A stretch of 63,915 nucleotides of DNA, the filler included, from Reticulomyxa filosa (taxonomy: Eukaryota; Protista; Foraminifera): assembly GCA_000512085.1 (NCBI GenBank). It is 24 parts of 24 records of this genome, joined end to end, with 100 filler letters (N's around TTAATTAATTAA, not from the genome) between each part and the next. Parts side by side here need not be neighbours in the genome. Positions count along the whole stretch, not along the records: positions 1 to 1,737 come from ASPP01007878.1; positions 1,838 to 3,625 come from ASPP01019076.1; positions 3,726 to 4,882 come from ASPP01042563.1; positions 4,983 to 9,831 come from ASPP01002684.1; positions 9,932 to 12,558 come from ASPP01024367.1; 19 more parts are not named here. One strand, 5' to 3'. A program made the translations under genes and the position numbers. Position 1 is the stretch's first letter, and every line of letters starts with the position of its first letter. Below are positions 1 to 10,242 of this stretch, one piece after another. The notes under the pieces are model-generated. The model had not been told where the DNA came from and did not search any database. It saw only the letters and a list, made by a program, of their open reading frames with translations.

Positions 1-36
<36 letters not shown>

Positions 37-159
37 TGACAACACAAACACACACAAGCAAAAATTCACAAAGTTCAGCAGAGTGTGCAAAATGAAATCA
101 TACAAATATTATATACATATATGTATATATGTGTAATGAGATTGCGAAAATGCGAAACT

Positions 160-1697
160 GAGAGACGGAAATGTATTCCTCCTTTCGTGTTGACCACGCC
201 GATGGAATAGTTGCTAAACCCTTGGTCGGTGTGAACAATGAGTGTGACCTGATACCCGCCCTGATCATTTTGTGTTGAAGGCATCAGCACATAAGACCCG
301 ACGCCGTGACCAAAGCGACGGAATATTTCCTCCACGCTCAGCTCGTCGTTGTCGACGTACCAAGGAATTTTGTGCAGCGCATTTGACTCGGCTTGGAACT
401 CGTCGTCTGACGAATCTTCGTCGTCTCCCGCATTCTCCTCGCGGCCGCCATTGCCGCCATTGCCTCCATTTTGTTCCGACGCCGCACTCATTCTAAAGCT
501 ACATTTTTCAATGTTTGCACAAACATGCAATTTCTTTTTTTTTTTTTTTTCAAAGTAAGATACAAAAATAGTTGAGAGTGCACGCACAAGCATACATACA
601 TATACATATACATATATATATATATATATATATGTATATAATATACAAATGGACGGACACTACATAACTAGCATTGTTTACAAGCTCGTTGCATAACACC
701 CTCTGCATTGGTCAATTTATATTTGGAACAAGAACTGCAAGCCAACGCGCCACTAAACTCCAAAGACAAAGGCATAATTTATTTTTTTGTGATCGACAAA
801 GGATAAAGATGGACGATGAAAACAAACAAACAAACAAACAAATAGAAGATGAACAAACCATGATCTACAATGGTGTCTTCGATTGATAAAGGTAAATTTG
901 TTGTTGCAGTCTGCCATGGTGCAATAATCCGCATGTGCATCAGGGACCCATACTGCGGCGGCTTCGGTGCCCGAATTTGTGCCTTTCCAAGTTCTTTGGC
1001 ATGTGTCCACCTGTTAATGAAACATGATATCCATTGCGCGTGTGTGTGTGTGTGTGTGTATGTGTGTGTATGTGTTATGAAGAGGTCCTCCTCCTCTTCC
1101 TCCTCCAAAATCGACTTAACGGCTTTTTTGACATCCTCATACCACGATTTAGCTTCTTCCGCGGAATCTGCATACGCGACAAACGACTTTTTCGAACTCA
1201 CAATCTGTCATTTATGCATGTGATTTAGATCCAATCTTTTAAGGTTTGAATTGCAATGGTTTCCAATATTCTTTAATAAGGAGGGGATCGTTGTTTATAT
1301 ATACATATATACATATATATATATTTACATATATATATATATATATATATGTATATGTATGTATGTATATGTGTATAAACTTCAAAAGCTCGATTTTGAA
1401 TGAAAGCATATTTTCCATGTTGCTGATCCAACCACTTGACTTGAAAGGCATTGTTGATTTGCAATTGGTTATGCAGGTTTAACTTGGTACCATATTGCGA
1501 AGCGTACAAGAGCAAGTCGGTAAACAAAAAAAAGTGATACACGCGGTCCTGCTTTCGACACACTTTCCAAAGCTTTCCTCGCCGAATAAACTGCCGCGCC
1601 GGCGCTAACAGCTTCACTTTTTGTGCAAACTTCCTTTCGATTTCCTTTACTTCCTCGCGTTTCGTAAATTCTTTCATTCGGTCGTTGATTTGTTTGC
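160..1697 (-). CDS. FGD-like RhoGEF fragment: end of DH, PH, FYVE, then SH2-like domain (multi-exon, partial at both ends)
   Basis: Spliced reading gives DH end INDRMKEF, PH (RQFIRRGKLWKVCRK..YHFFLFTDLLLYAS..SFVAYADSAEEAKSWYEDV) and FYVE (WVPD..C..C..FTFINRRHHCRSC|GALACSSCS..QRACKQC). An acidic linker follows, then SH2-like PWYVD..GSYVLMPS..YQVTLIVH..FSNYSI. Junctions are GT-AG. Confidence 0.8.
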
Positions 1698-1701
1698 TTT
1701 A

Positions 1702-1737
<36 letters not shown>

Positions 1738-1837
1738 NNNNNNNNNNNNNNNNNNNNNNNNNNNNNNNNNNNNNNNNNNNNTTAATTAATTAANNNNNNN
1801 NNNNNNNNNNNNNNNNNNNNNNNNNNNNNNNNNNNNN
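1738..1837. other. Artificial contig linker N44-TTAATTAATTAA-N44 (first of 23)
   Basis: Identical 100-bp spacers with stops in all six frames start at 1738, 3626, 4883, 9832, 12559, 14815, 16616, 24188, 26129, 28613, 34882, 36872, 42952, 44145, 45334, 47487, 49830, 51714, 53889, 55686, 57299, 61324 and 62508. Confidence 0.99.
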
Positions 1838-2154
1838 GATGAAAGGAATGTGTCAAGCATGAAGATTGTACCAGCCTGTGTTAAATTGTAACAACAAATA
1901 AATATTTATTAATGAAGGAAAAAGCAAGCAACAAAAAGACATAACATAGTGTACAACAAGGTTATCAAAATCATTGATCCATCCTAATTTAATTTTTAAT
2001 TTTCGGATCCAATATTGAATAATTAATTGGATCTCTTTTTCTTTTGACTGTTTCAATCACAACAAAAATGATAATATACTTTCAGAAAGATTGAAACAAA
2101 GTTTACCAAGCCTGATCGAATTGAAGCTTGTTTTTCATTGCTATGAGTGGTCAT
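1838..2154 (-). CDS. 5' part of a lineage-expanded WD40-repeat family gene
   Basis: MTTHSNEKQASIRSGL | KEIQLIIQYWIRKLKIKLGWINDFDNLVVHY | AGTIFMLDTFLSS resembles the recalled N-terminus of the expanded Reticulomyxa-type WD40 family. It is cut off by the linker before any repeat. Confidence 0.5.
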
Positions 2155-2339
2155 TCTTTGTTTTTTTTTAGATGATGCAAGATGGAAAAATGATTGATTT
2201 TTTTTTTTCTTTAAAGACCAAAGGGGTTATCAAAAGCACACTGACGAAAGAAAATAAAATTCAGATTTCGCAATGGAAACAAATAACAAAAATTTGTTGA
2301 AAAAATCAATAGCAAAAATAAATGACGGCAAAGTGATTT

Positions 2340-2470
2340 TTATTATTTGGATACTCACAGATAAACTTGATATCTACCTCCACAAATGAGGAGTTCATGT
2401 TTATATAGCACACATTGCTCAAGTGGAGTGGGTAACTCCTTCAAAGTTTGAAGGGTTTGGTTGTTCATGT
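2340..2470 (-). pseudogene. Decayed Kelch-like beta-propeller family fragment
   Basis: MNNQTLQTLKELPTPLEQC..HELLICGG..FICEYP, disrupted by frameshifts and deletions. Confidence 0.45.
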
Positions 2471-3147
2471 TACTAATGAAGTAATTTAGATTTTAGAAAG
2501 GGGAAAGTAGACACAAAATCGTTCTTTTAAATAAAAAAAATATTATTTTCTTATTAAAGATAAATATTGATTGATCAACATTTCATTTGTTTTGCATCAA
2601 GTGATAAAACAGTTCGTGAATGAGATGTTGATAGCAACAAACAAATTCAATTCAACATGTAGACATGAATGGAACACTGACTGTAGAAGAGAGTTGTCTA
2701 AAATAACTGTTAAAGTGAAAACACTCAAACAGCAATCATTAAATAAAGATAGTGTAATACATATGTGAAATATCATCTTTTTGTATATCACTTGATTATT
2801 GTATTAAATGTAATTATAACCATTAATTGCTCACAGATCGAATTTGTTGTTTTTTAAATATTGTTCAAATAATGTTCTTGTTATTTTACATGCCCAAGTG
2901 ACGTAAAGACATTAGAATACAATGTCAGTAAGGATATATTCGCTTTGCACATAGGGCTACAACATAGAGATAGGTACAATTTTCATTTATTATTTTAAAT
3001 GTTTTTAACAAAGTAAAATAGAACAACTCTTTCAATACTTGCATTCAATCAAATCAAACAAGTGTAATATCAACTTCTTTTTTTAAATTAAACTCTTAAA
3101 AAAAAAAGACACTTTCATTTCTTATTCGACAAAAAATAAATTATCAT

Positions 3148-3625
3148 CAAATACGAACACAACATTTGAATGAACTATAACACAAAGTCAAATCATATGT
3201 AACATTCTTTGTTTTCTCTTTCTTTTTCAATATAATAAATTTAAGACAAAATATTCCATTATCTTCTTTATTATATCCTTTGATCATATACAATTTATCC
3301 TTATTTGATCGAATATCTCAAAAATGAATAGTATTATCCGTTGCTCCAGAACATATCACATTTAAATTGCCACTACTATTCTTTATTACAAATTGTGAAT
3401 ATTCAACACATGAAATTTTACTTGTATGTTCATTAAACACTTGAATTTGTTGACTAGATCGAATATCCCACAAACGAACGCTTTTATCATATGATCCAGA
3501 TAATATTGTATTCACTAATTCATTTGATCCACATTTTACACTATCACATAATTGTCATGTCCATTGAATATATTGAATTGATTGGTTGTTTCAATATCCC
3601 ATATTCGAATGGTATTATCCAATGA
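3148..3625 (-). pseudogene. WD40-repeat pseudogene (3' part)
   Basis: SLDNTIRIWDIET..ILSGSYDKSVRLWDIRS..ICSGATDNTIHF*DIRS; the W of one WD is now TGA and there is an upstream frameshift. Confidence 0.8.
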
Positions 3626-3725
3626 NNNNNNNNNNNNNNNNNNNNNNNNNNNNNNNNNNNNNNNNNNNNTTAATTAATTAANNNNNNNNNNNNNNNNNNN
3701 NNNNNNNNNNNNNNNNNNNNNNNNN

Positions 3726-3798
3726 CATATCACATTTGAACTACCATTGATATTCTTTATTACAAATGGTAAATATTCAACAGACAATACAGGAAATA
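3726..3798 (-). pseudogene. WD40 fragment truncated by a transposon end
   Basis: VLSVEYLPFVIKNINGSSNVIC matches the repeat in 3148-3625; similarity stops at the TA at 3799-3800. Confidence 0.65.
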
Positions 3799-3800
3799 TA

Positions 3801-3838
3801 CAGTAGGTTGCAAAGAAAACTGAACGAATAAAACATAT
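3801..3838 (+). mobile_element. Putative Tc1/mariner-type terminal inverted repeat, copy 1
   Basis: TA|CAGTAGGTTGCAAAGAAAACTGAACGaaTAAAACATAT is 36/38 identical to 12520-12557; the left flanks are unrelated and both are preceded by TA. Confidence 0.65.
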
Positions 3839-4039
3839 TATGATGATAATTGATTTTCGAGTTATATTGTTAATTATAATAATCAAATTATAATTTTGAA
3901 AATTATAATTACCAAACAAATGATAAATAAAATTATCGTATTTATAAGTTTGATAATCTTTGTCTGTATTTAATTGTTACACAAGTACATGATACATAAT
4001 ATAATATTTTTCTTTTTATATTAATCTTTTTATAAATTC

Positions 4040-4620
4040 ACATCTTTTAATTACATCTGCGTCGACTGCTGCTTGAAGTCGAAGTGCAATTTGTGATTTT
4101 CTTCAAGCGTAGCCTTGGCCATTTTGTTGCTGTGATTGCTATGGTTGTTGTGGTTGTTGATATTGTCTTTTGTTGGAAGTAGTACCACTGTTACTATAAT
4201 TATTTTTTTGTGGCAACCTTGACTGGTGCATTGAAGGGTGCTGTGATTGTTATCGCAGCTTTGACTGTTGTTACGACTGTGGCTGTTGTAGTGACTGTTG
4301 CTTTTGAAGATGTTGTTGTTGTAGTACCGATTGTCGTTGTGGTTCAAATGATTATTGCTGTTCTTGTGACTGTCCCATCTGATGTGATTGTCTGTTGTGA
4401 TAATTGTTTTCACTATGATACTAGTCGTCATCATTATACTGGTCTTCATCATAATGCTCATCGTAATAATGGCCTCCACGTGGTTGATTTTCATATTGTC
4501 GATCTTCATGCGATTTCCCTTCATGTGGTCGCTCTTCATGTTATTGCTCTTCATATTGTTGTTCATCACGATACTGTCCATCAGTTGGATTATCTTTCTT
4601 TTCATCTTTTTTGATAACAG
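4040..4620 (-). pseudogene. Decayed Gln/Asn/acidic low-complexity ORF
   Basis: An alternative frame reads QYRDEQQYEEQ*HEERPHE..GQSQEQQ*SFEPQRQSVLQQQHLQKQQSLQQPQS*QQSKLR*QSQH, with stops where Gln is expected. The ORF-track 184-aa frame is probably a shadow. Confidence 0.45.
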
Positions 4621-5277
4621 AGCTAAGTTTTAAATAAAATGTGAATTCCGACAAAATCTTCATGTTCCGGATCAGTTTTTTGATGTCCTGATACTGGATT
4701 TCTAAATATTTATTCCGCTTTTGCTGGCCTTACATTTTGTCTGGTGCACGTTAATCTGTTTGTGTAATGTGTAGTTGTGAAGGTATTTGTAGTGTGCTGA
4801 AAGTTATTGTTTTTTTTTAAGAAAAAGATCATACCTTGTTATCGCAGTTGCTGTTGTTAGTTTTAATTCTGAAAAGGGGTCCNNNNNNNNNNNNNNNNNN
4901 NNNNNNNNNNNNNNNNNNNNNNNNNNTTAATTAATTAANNNNNNNNNNNNNNNNNNNNNNNNNNNNNNNNNNNNNNNNNNNNTTTTTCATAAAATGCTGA
5001 AAACAAGAAATCGAAGTGATTATTTTTTCGACATGGAAGCATGTCTACATACAGATTATTTTCTTCATTACTTTTGAAGGTAAAGGAAAGATAATGTTGC
5101 TATCAATGAAATGATTCTGTTAAGACTGTATTTTTCGTCGTATTTTAAAATGTTTCTTCAAACTTTTATAAGGTTTTAAAAAAGCATTAGTTTACACAAT
5201 AGCAGAAAAGCAAAATTGACTCAGTAGAAAAGACAAATGGCTATATTTACGTCAAAAATGGAAAAAATATCTACAAC

Positions 5278-8200
5278 TTAAAATTTTCCTCCACGTTGAT
5301 CTACAAGCAATTTTTGCTGAGGTGTCAAACCAATTGTATCCTTCCAAACACTTTCTTTCATTGATAAGCCAAAACTTTGAATACCCACTTGCCAAAGGCA
5401 TTTAATCAAATTATTTTTAGATATATCAACTTTATTATTAGTACCCCACAGCCGAATTGTTCTATCATCTGAACAAGATACAATTTTGGAGCCATCTGGT
5501 GATACTTGTACGCCAGATATATTACCAGTATGTCCTTCCAATAATTGAATTTGTTTCCCTGAAAATACATCCCATATCCGGATAGTTTTATCCCATGAAT
5601 ATGATACAATTGTTGTACTATCTGGCAAAAATTGTGCATTCCATACGACATGTGAATGTCCTCGAAAGTTTTGTAATTGTTCTCCAGATAATGCATCCCA
5701 TAATCGGACTGTTCCATCCAGTGAACATGATAATATTTTTAAACAATCAGGAGAAAATTGTACTCCATTGATACCATTGGAGTGCCCTTCTAATAATAAA
5801 AGCTGCTTTCCAGACGATACATCCCACAATCGAATTGTTTCGTCCTCAGCACATGACAAAATTTTATGTCCATCTGATGAAAGTTTCACGCTCGTTACAC
5901 TATCTGTATGACCTTCGAATAATTGAAGTTGTTTTCCGGACATTGTATCCCACAATCGAACAGTTTTATCGTTAGAACAAGAGACAATCTTTGAACCATC
6001 GGGTGAAAATTGTACTTTTCGTACCTCATCTGAATGCCCTTCCAACACTTGGAGAAGCTGTCCGGATGATATGCACCATATTCGTATGAGTTTATCAGCA
6101 TACAAATAGGATAAAATTTTGGAATTATCTGGAGAAGGTTGAATTTCACCAAAACGATTTGGGTGTCCCTTTGACACTTGAACTCTATCTAAGCTATTTG
6201 GATGTTCCTTTAACATTTGAAGTTGTTTTCCAGAGAATGCATCCCATACCCGAATTGTCTTATCTTCGGAATAGGAGATAACTTTGGAACCGTCTGATAA
6301 AAATCTTACTTTACGTACATTACTTGAATGTCCTTCAAATACTTGAATTTGCCTTCCTGTTTGTACATCCCACAGCCGAACAGTTTTATCTAGTGAGCAC
6401 GAAACAATTTTGGAGCCATCTGGTGAAAATTGAACTTTATTTACAGAATCTGAATGTCCTTCTGTTAATTGGATTTTTTTTTCTAAACCTATATCCCATA
6501 TTCGGATTGTTTTGTCGCTTGAGTATGACAAAATTTTAGAATCCTTTGGAAAAAATTCTATCCCACGCACATCATCCAGATGTCCACCTAATATTTGCAG
6601 TTGTTTTCCAGATGCTACATCCCATATTCGAATTGTTTTATCGGATGAACCAGATATAATTCTGAAACCATCCAATGAAAACCTTGCTACTTTCACACTA
6701 CCTGAATGCCCTTCTAATATTTGAACTTGTTTTCCAGATGACAAATCCCATATTCGCATGGTTTTATCTTCTGAACAGGATAAGACTTTTGAATCACCAG
6801 ATGAGAGTTGAATTTCGTTTATTCTTGCTAAATGTCCCTCTAATACATGAATTTGTTGGCACAATAATAAGTCCCACACTCGAATACTTTTATCATTTGA
6901 AAATGATATAAGTTTAGAACCGTTAGATGAAAATTGTATTCCTAACACATAATCTAAATGTCCTTCCAACATTCGAAGTTGTTCACCAGACAATACATCC
7001 CATATTCGAATTGTTCTGTCATTTGAACATGATGCAATTTTGGAACCATCTGATGAAAACTGCACTGCATTCACATTCGCTGAATGTCCTTTCAATAAGT
7101 GAATTCGTTTTCCGGATAACACATCCCATATTCGAATTGTATTGTCACGTGAGCACGACACAATTTTAGAACCATCAGGTGAAAATAGTGCTGAATTTAC
7201 AGAATCTGAATGTTCTTCCCATTTTTGAATTTGTTGACCTGATGATACATCCCACATCCGAACTGTGTAATCCCATGCACATGAGACAAGTTTCGAACCA
7301 TCAGGCGAAAATCGCACTGTATTCACAACACCTGAGTGTCCTTCCAATAATTGAAGTTGTTTTCCTGAAGATGTATCCCAAATTCGGATAGTACTGTCAT
7401 GTGAACACGACACAATATTTGATCCATCTGGTGAAAATTGAACTGCATCGACAATAGCTGCGTGTCCTTTCAAATAGGCATATTCCCCAAAATAAACTTT
7501 ATTCATCGATGCATTTGTAAAATTAACGTTATTTAAGCAAGTTTGATAAAAACTAGCATGGTCTAAATTAGCACCATTAAGATTGGTTCTTTCAAGGAAT
7601 GCGTGATCTAAAATTGCATGAGGAATTTTAATATGATCCCAATTTTTATAATGCATATTCACATTTGCTGAATTAAGTATGGTAATTGCATTTGCTGCAG
7701 CAATGCTAATATTCTCACTATTCTTTGATGCTTCAATGATACGAAATAACCTTGATTTTAAATTTGTATATATTGGATTTGTGTCGTGAATTCTTTCTGC
7801 AATAAATTGAATAATACCCAATTCTTCATTTAGTAATTTATAATTTATGAAAAATTTTGGGACATTTGTTTCAAATTGTTGTTGAAATTGATTATTAATG
7901 TTTGTATTAACATCAACGTTATTTGGTTTCCACGAAATGATATCAAATATAATTTTTTGAGCTGCGTAATATTCTTGGCAAGATTTATGCAAAAATTGAT
8001 ATTTACTATCACCAACTCTCCTCAATACATATTTTGCAATACTGTCACCATTGAAATATTTTTCCCAAATATCTTGTGTTTTTACATCTGATGCAACACT
8101 TTTATTCGTTTTTACTTCCAATTTTTCATCCATGTACTTGTTCTCGATTATCATATTTGGATCCAACTTACTTAGGATTTCGTAGTGTGTACATGGCATA

Positions 8201-9831
8201 TCTGCCGCAACTTGATTTTCTTGAATAAACATATCAAATGCTAAATCTTGACAATATTGTTGAAATGCCAATTTGATTTTCTTAGTGTTTGTTTGAATCC
8301 TTAACTCTGATAATTTATTTGAAATGTTTTTAACGTGAATATCAATCCATTGTTCATTGAATACTTCATATACTTGTGCTTTTGATATTTTAGTTCCAAT
8401 AGAACGTTGTTTCATTAATAATGGTAGTATTGTTAATATCATTCGAAGAGAAAATGGTTCTTCCATCATTTTATTCAAATTTGGATAATTTTTTAATGTT
8501 TCCTCATATTGTTGTACTGTCCAATCTAAATTATCATTCATCTTATTTATTTTATTCATTTTCACAAATTTGTCAATGTATCCATTCATTTGCTCTTTTG
8601 AAAAAGGCCATAAATATATCATTGATGTCGCATTGTTTGAGCCAATTAAAACTTGTTTAATTTCCTCATCTTTTAATTCGTCACTTCGACAGCTAACAAT
8701 GATTTTTGCATTCCATTCACCTAAATTAAAACGATTAAAAAAATATCTTTCGTTATTGTTACTCTTGTTATATTTGTCAAATATTTCATCAAATCCATCC
8801 AAAATAAACACAAAGGAAATATTTTCACGAATAGTATCAAGTATTTCCTTGCTGATTTGTTTCATTTGTAATGCTTGATGAACAATCTGTTTTTCATTCA
8901 ATTCATCGTAACACTTTGGTAATGAAATATAAACTGGAATGGATGTTGTGGAACCATTTACATATAAACTCCACAATGTCTCTTCTAAATAACGACAAAA
9001 TAAACTTTTCCCTGATCCTGATTTTCCTTGTAATATCATTACTTGTTGTCTTTTTTGTTCATTTTCTTTCTCTTCTTTCCCTTCTGCCAATAAATCAAGT
9101 ACATGTTGATGACAATTGTACGAATCATTAGTTTCATTGGCGTCATTGTCAGTATATGCATAATTATTAGCTTGCAATGGGATATATGTTTCAAGGGCTT
9201 GCAATATTGCTATATCTTCTTCTAATTCTTGTTTTCTTGACTCTTGTAATATGCACGCAACATCAACGCAACTTGCTGGGTTTGTCTCGCCAACAATATA
9301 CCTTTTAAAAAACTCAAATAAAACCACATAAATCGCCTGTCCTTTTGTCTCTCTTGGATTGAATTTACATAGTTGATCATATACAAATTTGGTCAATTTC
9401 AACAGAGTATTGTTTGCATCATGAACTATTTCTTCAGTAATTTCTTTTAATTGTGGAGGTTTCAATATTCGAATTTCTGAATGTGGTTTATAACGATTTG
9501 CAATTTTTTTGATATCTCTTGCATCAATCCATTCACAAATTATGTCATTGATTTTGGTCAATGTTTCATCACTTGCTTGTTTTAATTCCTCTTCTGATGA
9601 ATTATTAGGCTTCCATGCTCGAATATGTTCATAAAATAAATGACTTAGTTTTGGATTTTCAATGACAGTATATCCTTCCAAAGTTGTAAAATTTTTTAAT
9701 GTCGCTTGCATTTCAATATATACATCATGTTTTGGGACATATAACTTAATATTGTGAAATCGATGATGTGTCTTTGATTTTTTATCAAAAAAATCTTTAT
9801 CTTCAGATACAATTAAATTGAATTGTTCTGC
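5278..9831 (-). CDS. NLR-like STAND protein: RelA/SpoT-like N-terminal domain, NACHT NTPase, pentapeptide repeats, 16 WD40 repeats (5' partial, intronless)
   Basis: The frame stays open 40 codons upstream of the 9711 ATG to the contig edge. Motifs: Walker A ILQGKSGSGKS, Walker B FVFILDGFDE, sensor IIVSCR, winged-helix YQFLHKSCQEYYAA, pentapeptide AILDHAFLERTNLNGANLDHASF, and 16 GH/EH..WD units of about 42 aa. Confidence 0.93.
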   Translation of the reverse strand, partial: AEQFNLIVSEDKDFFDKKSKTHHRFHNIKLYVPKHDVYIEMQATLKNFTTLEGYTVIENPKLSHLFYEHIRAWKPNNSSEEELKQASDETLTKINDIICEWIDARDIKKIANRYKPHSEIRILKPPQLKEITEEIVHDANNTLLKLTKFVYDQLCKFNPRETKGQAIYVVLFEFFKRYIVGETNPASCVDVACILQESRKQELEEDIAILQALETYIPLQANNYAYTDNDANETNDSYNCHQHVLDLLAEGKEEKENEQKRQQVMILQGKSGSGKSLFCRYLEETLWSLYVNGSTTSIPVYISLPKCYDELNEKQIVHQALQMKQISKEILDTIRENISFVFILDGFDEIFDKYNKSNNNERYFFNRFNLGEWNAKIIVSCRSDELKDEEIKQVLIGSNNATSMIYLWPFSKEQMNGYIDKFVKMNKINKMNDNLDWTVQQYEETLKNYPNLNKMMEEPFSLRMILTILPLLMKQRSIGTKISKAQVYEVFNEQWIDIHVKNISNKLSELRIQTNTKKIKLAFQQYCQDLAFDMFIQENQVAADMPCTHYEILSKLDPNMIIENKYMDEKLEVKTNKSVASDVKTQDIWEKYFNGDSIAKYVLRRVGDSKYQFLHKSCQEYYAAQKIIFDIISWKPNNVDVNTNINNQFQQQFETNVPKFFINYKLLNEELGIIQFIAERIHDTNPIYTNLKSRLFRIIEASKNSENISIAAANAITILNSANVNMHYKNWDHIKIPHAILDHAFLERTNLNGANLDHASFYQTCLNNVNFTNASMNKVYFGEYAYLKGHAAIVDAVQFSPDGSNIVSCSHDSTIRIWDTSSGKQLQLLEGHSGVVNTVRFSPDGSKLVSCAWDYTVRMWDVSSGQQIQKWEEHSDSVNSALFSPDGSKIVSCSRDNTIRIWDVLSGKRIHLLKGHSANVNAVQFSSDGSKIASCSNDRTIRIWDVLSGEQLRMLEGHLDYVLGIQFSSNGSKLISFSNDKSIRVWDLLLCQQIHVLEGHLARINEIQLSSGDSKVLSCSEDKTMRIWDLSSGKQVQILEGHSGSVKVARFSLDGFRIISGSSDKTIRIWDVASGKQLQILGGHLDDVRGIEFFPKDSKILSYSSDKTIRIWDIGLEKKIQLTEGHSDSVNKVQFSPDGSKIVSCSLDKTVRLWDVQTGRQIQVFEGHSSNVRKVRFLSDGSKVISYSEDKTIRVWDAFSGKQLQMLKEHPNSLDRVQVSKGHPNRFGEIQPSPDNSKILSYLYADKLIRIWCISSGQLLQVLEGHSDEVRKVQFSPDGSKIVSCSNDKTVRLWDTMSGKQLQLFEGHTDSVTSVKLSSDGHKILSCAEDETIRLWDVSSGKQLLLLEGHSNGINGVQFSPDCLKILSCSLDGTVRLWDALSGEQLQNFRGHSHVVWNAQFLPDSTTIVSYSWDKTIRIWDVFSGKQIQLLEGHTGNISGVQVSPDGSKIVSCSDDRTIRLWGTNNKVDISKNNLIKCLWQVGIQSFGLSMKESVWKDTIGLTPQQKLLVDQRGGKF
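5445..7475 (-). repeat. Tandem array of about 126-bp WD40 units with high internal similarity
   Basis: Recurring GHS..V..VQFSPDGSKIVSCS.D.TIRIWDV.SGKQLQ.LE; repeat 11 has a 13-aa insertion. Confidence 0.9.
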
Positions 9832-9931
9832 NNNNNNNNNNNNNNNNNNNNNNNNNNNNNNNNNNNNNNNNNNNNTTAATTAATTAANNNNNNNNNNNNN
9901 NNNNNNNNNNNNNNNNNNNNNNNNNNNNNNN

Positions 9932-10242
9932 ATGTCGTCTCTCATTCATATTTATCGTGTTCCAATTGTTTGTCAATAATGCCATTGCGTTAGCATTGTC
10001 ATTGCCTTCGAAGAATACTGGCAACTTGTAATAAATAACTCCACCTGCACTCCAATCTATCACATCTGCATCACGTACACAATTTTCTTTTGTCATGTTC
10101 ATAGTTACACTATAGCGACTATCTTTGCTCATTATCACCTAAAAATGTAACAAACAAAATGTCAATCATCAATTGTAATTTGGAAAATAAGAAAAAGTAC
10201 TTGAGTTCGAGTTGCAGCATCATCATGCGCAAAACCTTTCAT
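9932..10242 (-). CDS. Hypothetical protein, first two exons (3' partial)
   Basis: MKGFAHDDAATRTQ, a GT..AG intron at about 10139-10199, then VIMSKDSRYSVTMNM.. open to the contig edge. Confidence 0.35.

Noticed and set aside
1782-1793. Recurring TTAATTAATTAA palindrome as a biological repeat or CRISPR-like array
   Set aside because: It is always centred in 88 Ns, so it is an artificial stop linker. ORFs ending in X..LIN are artefacts of it.
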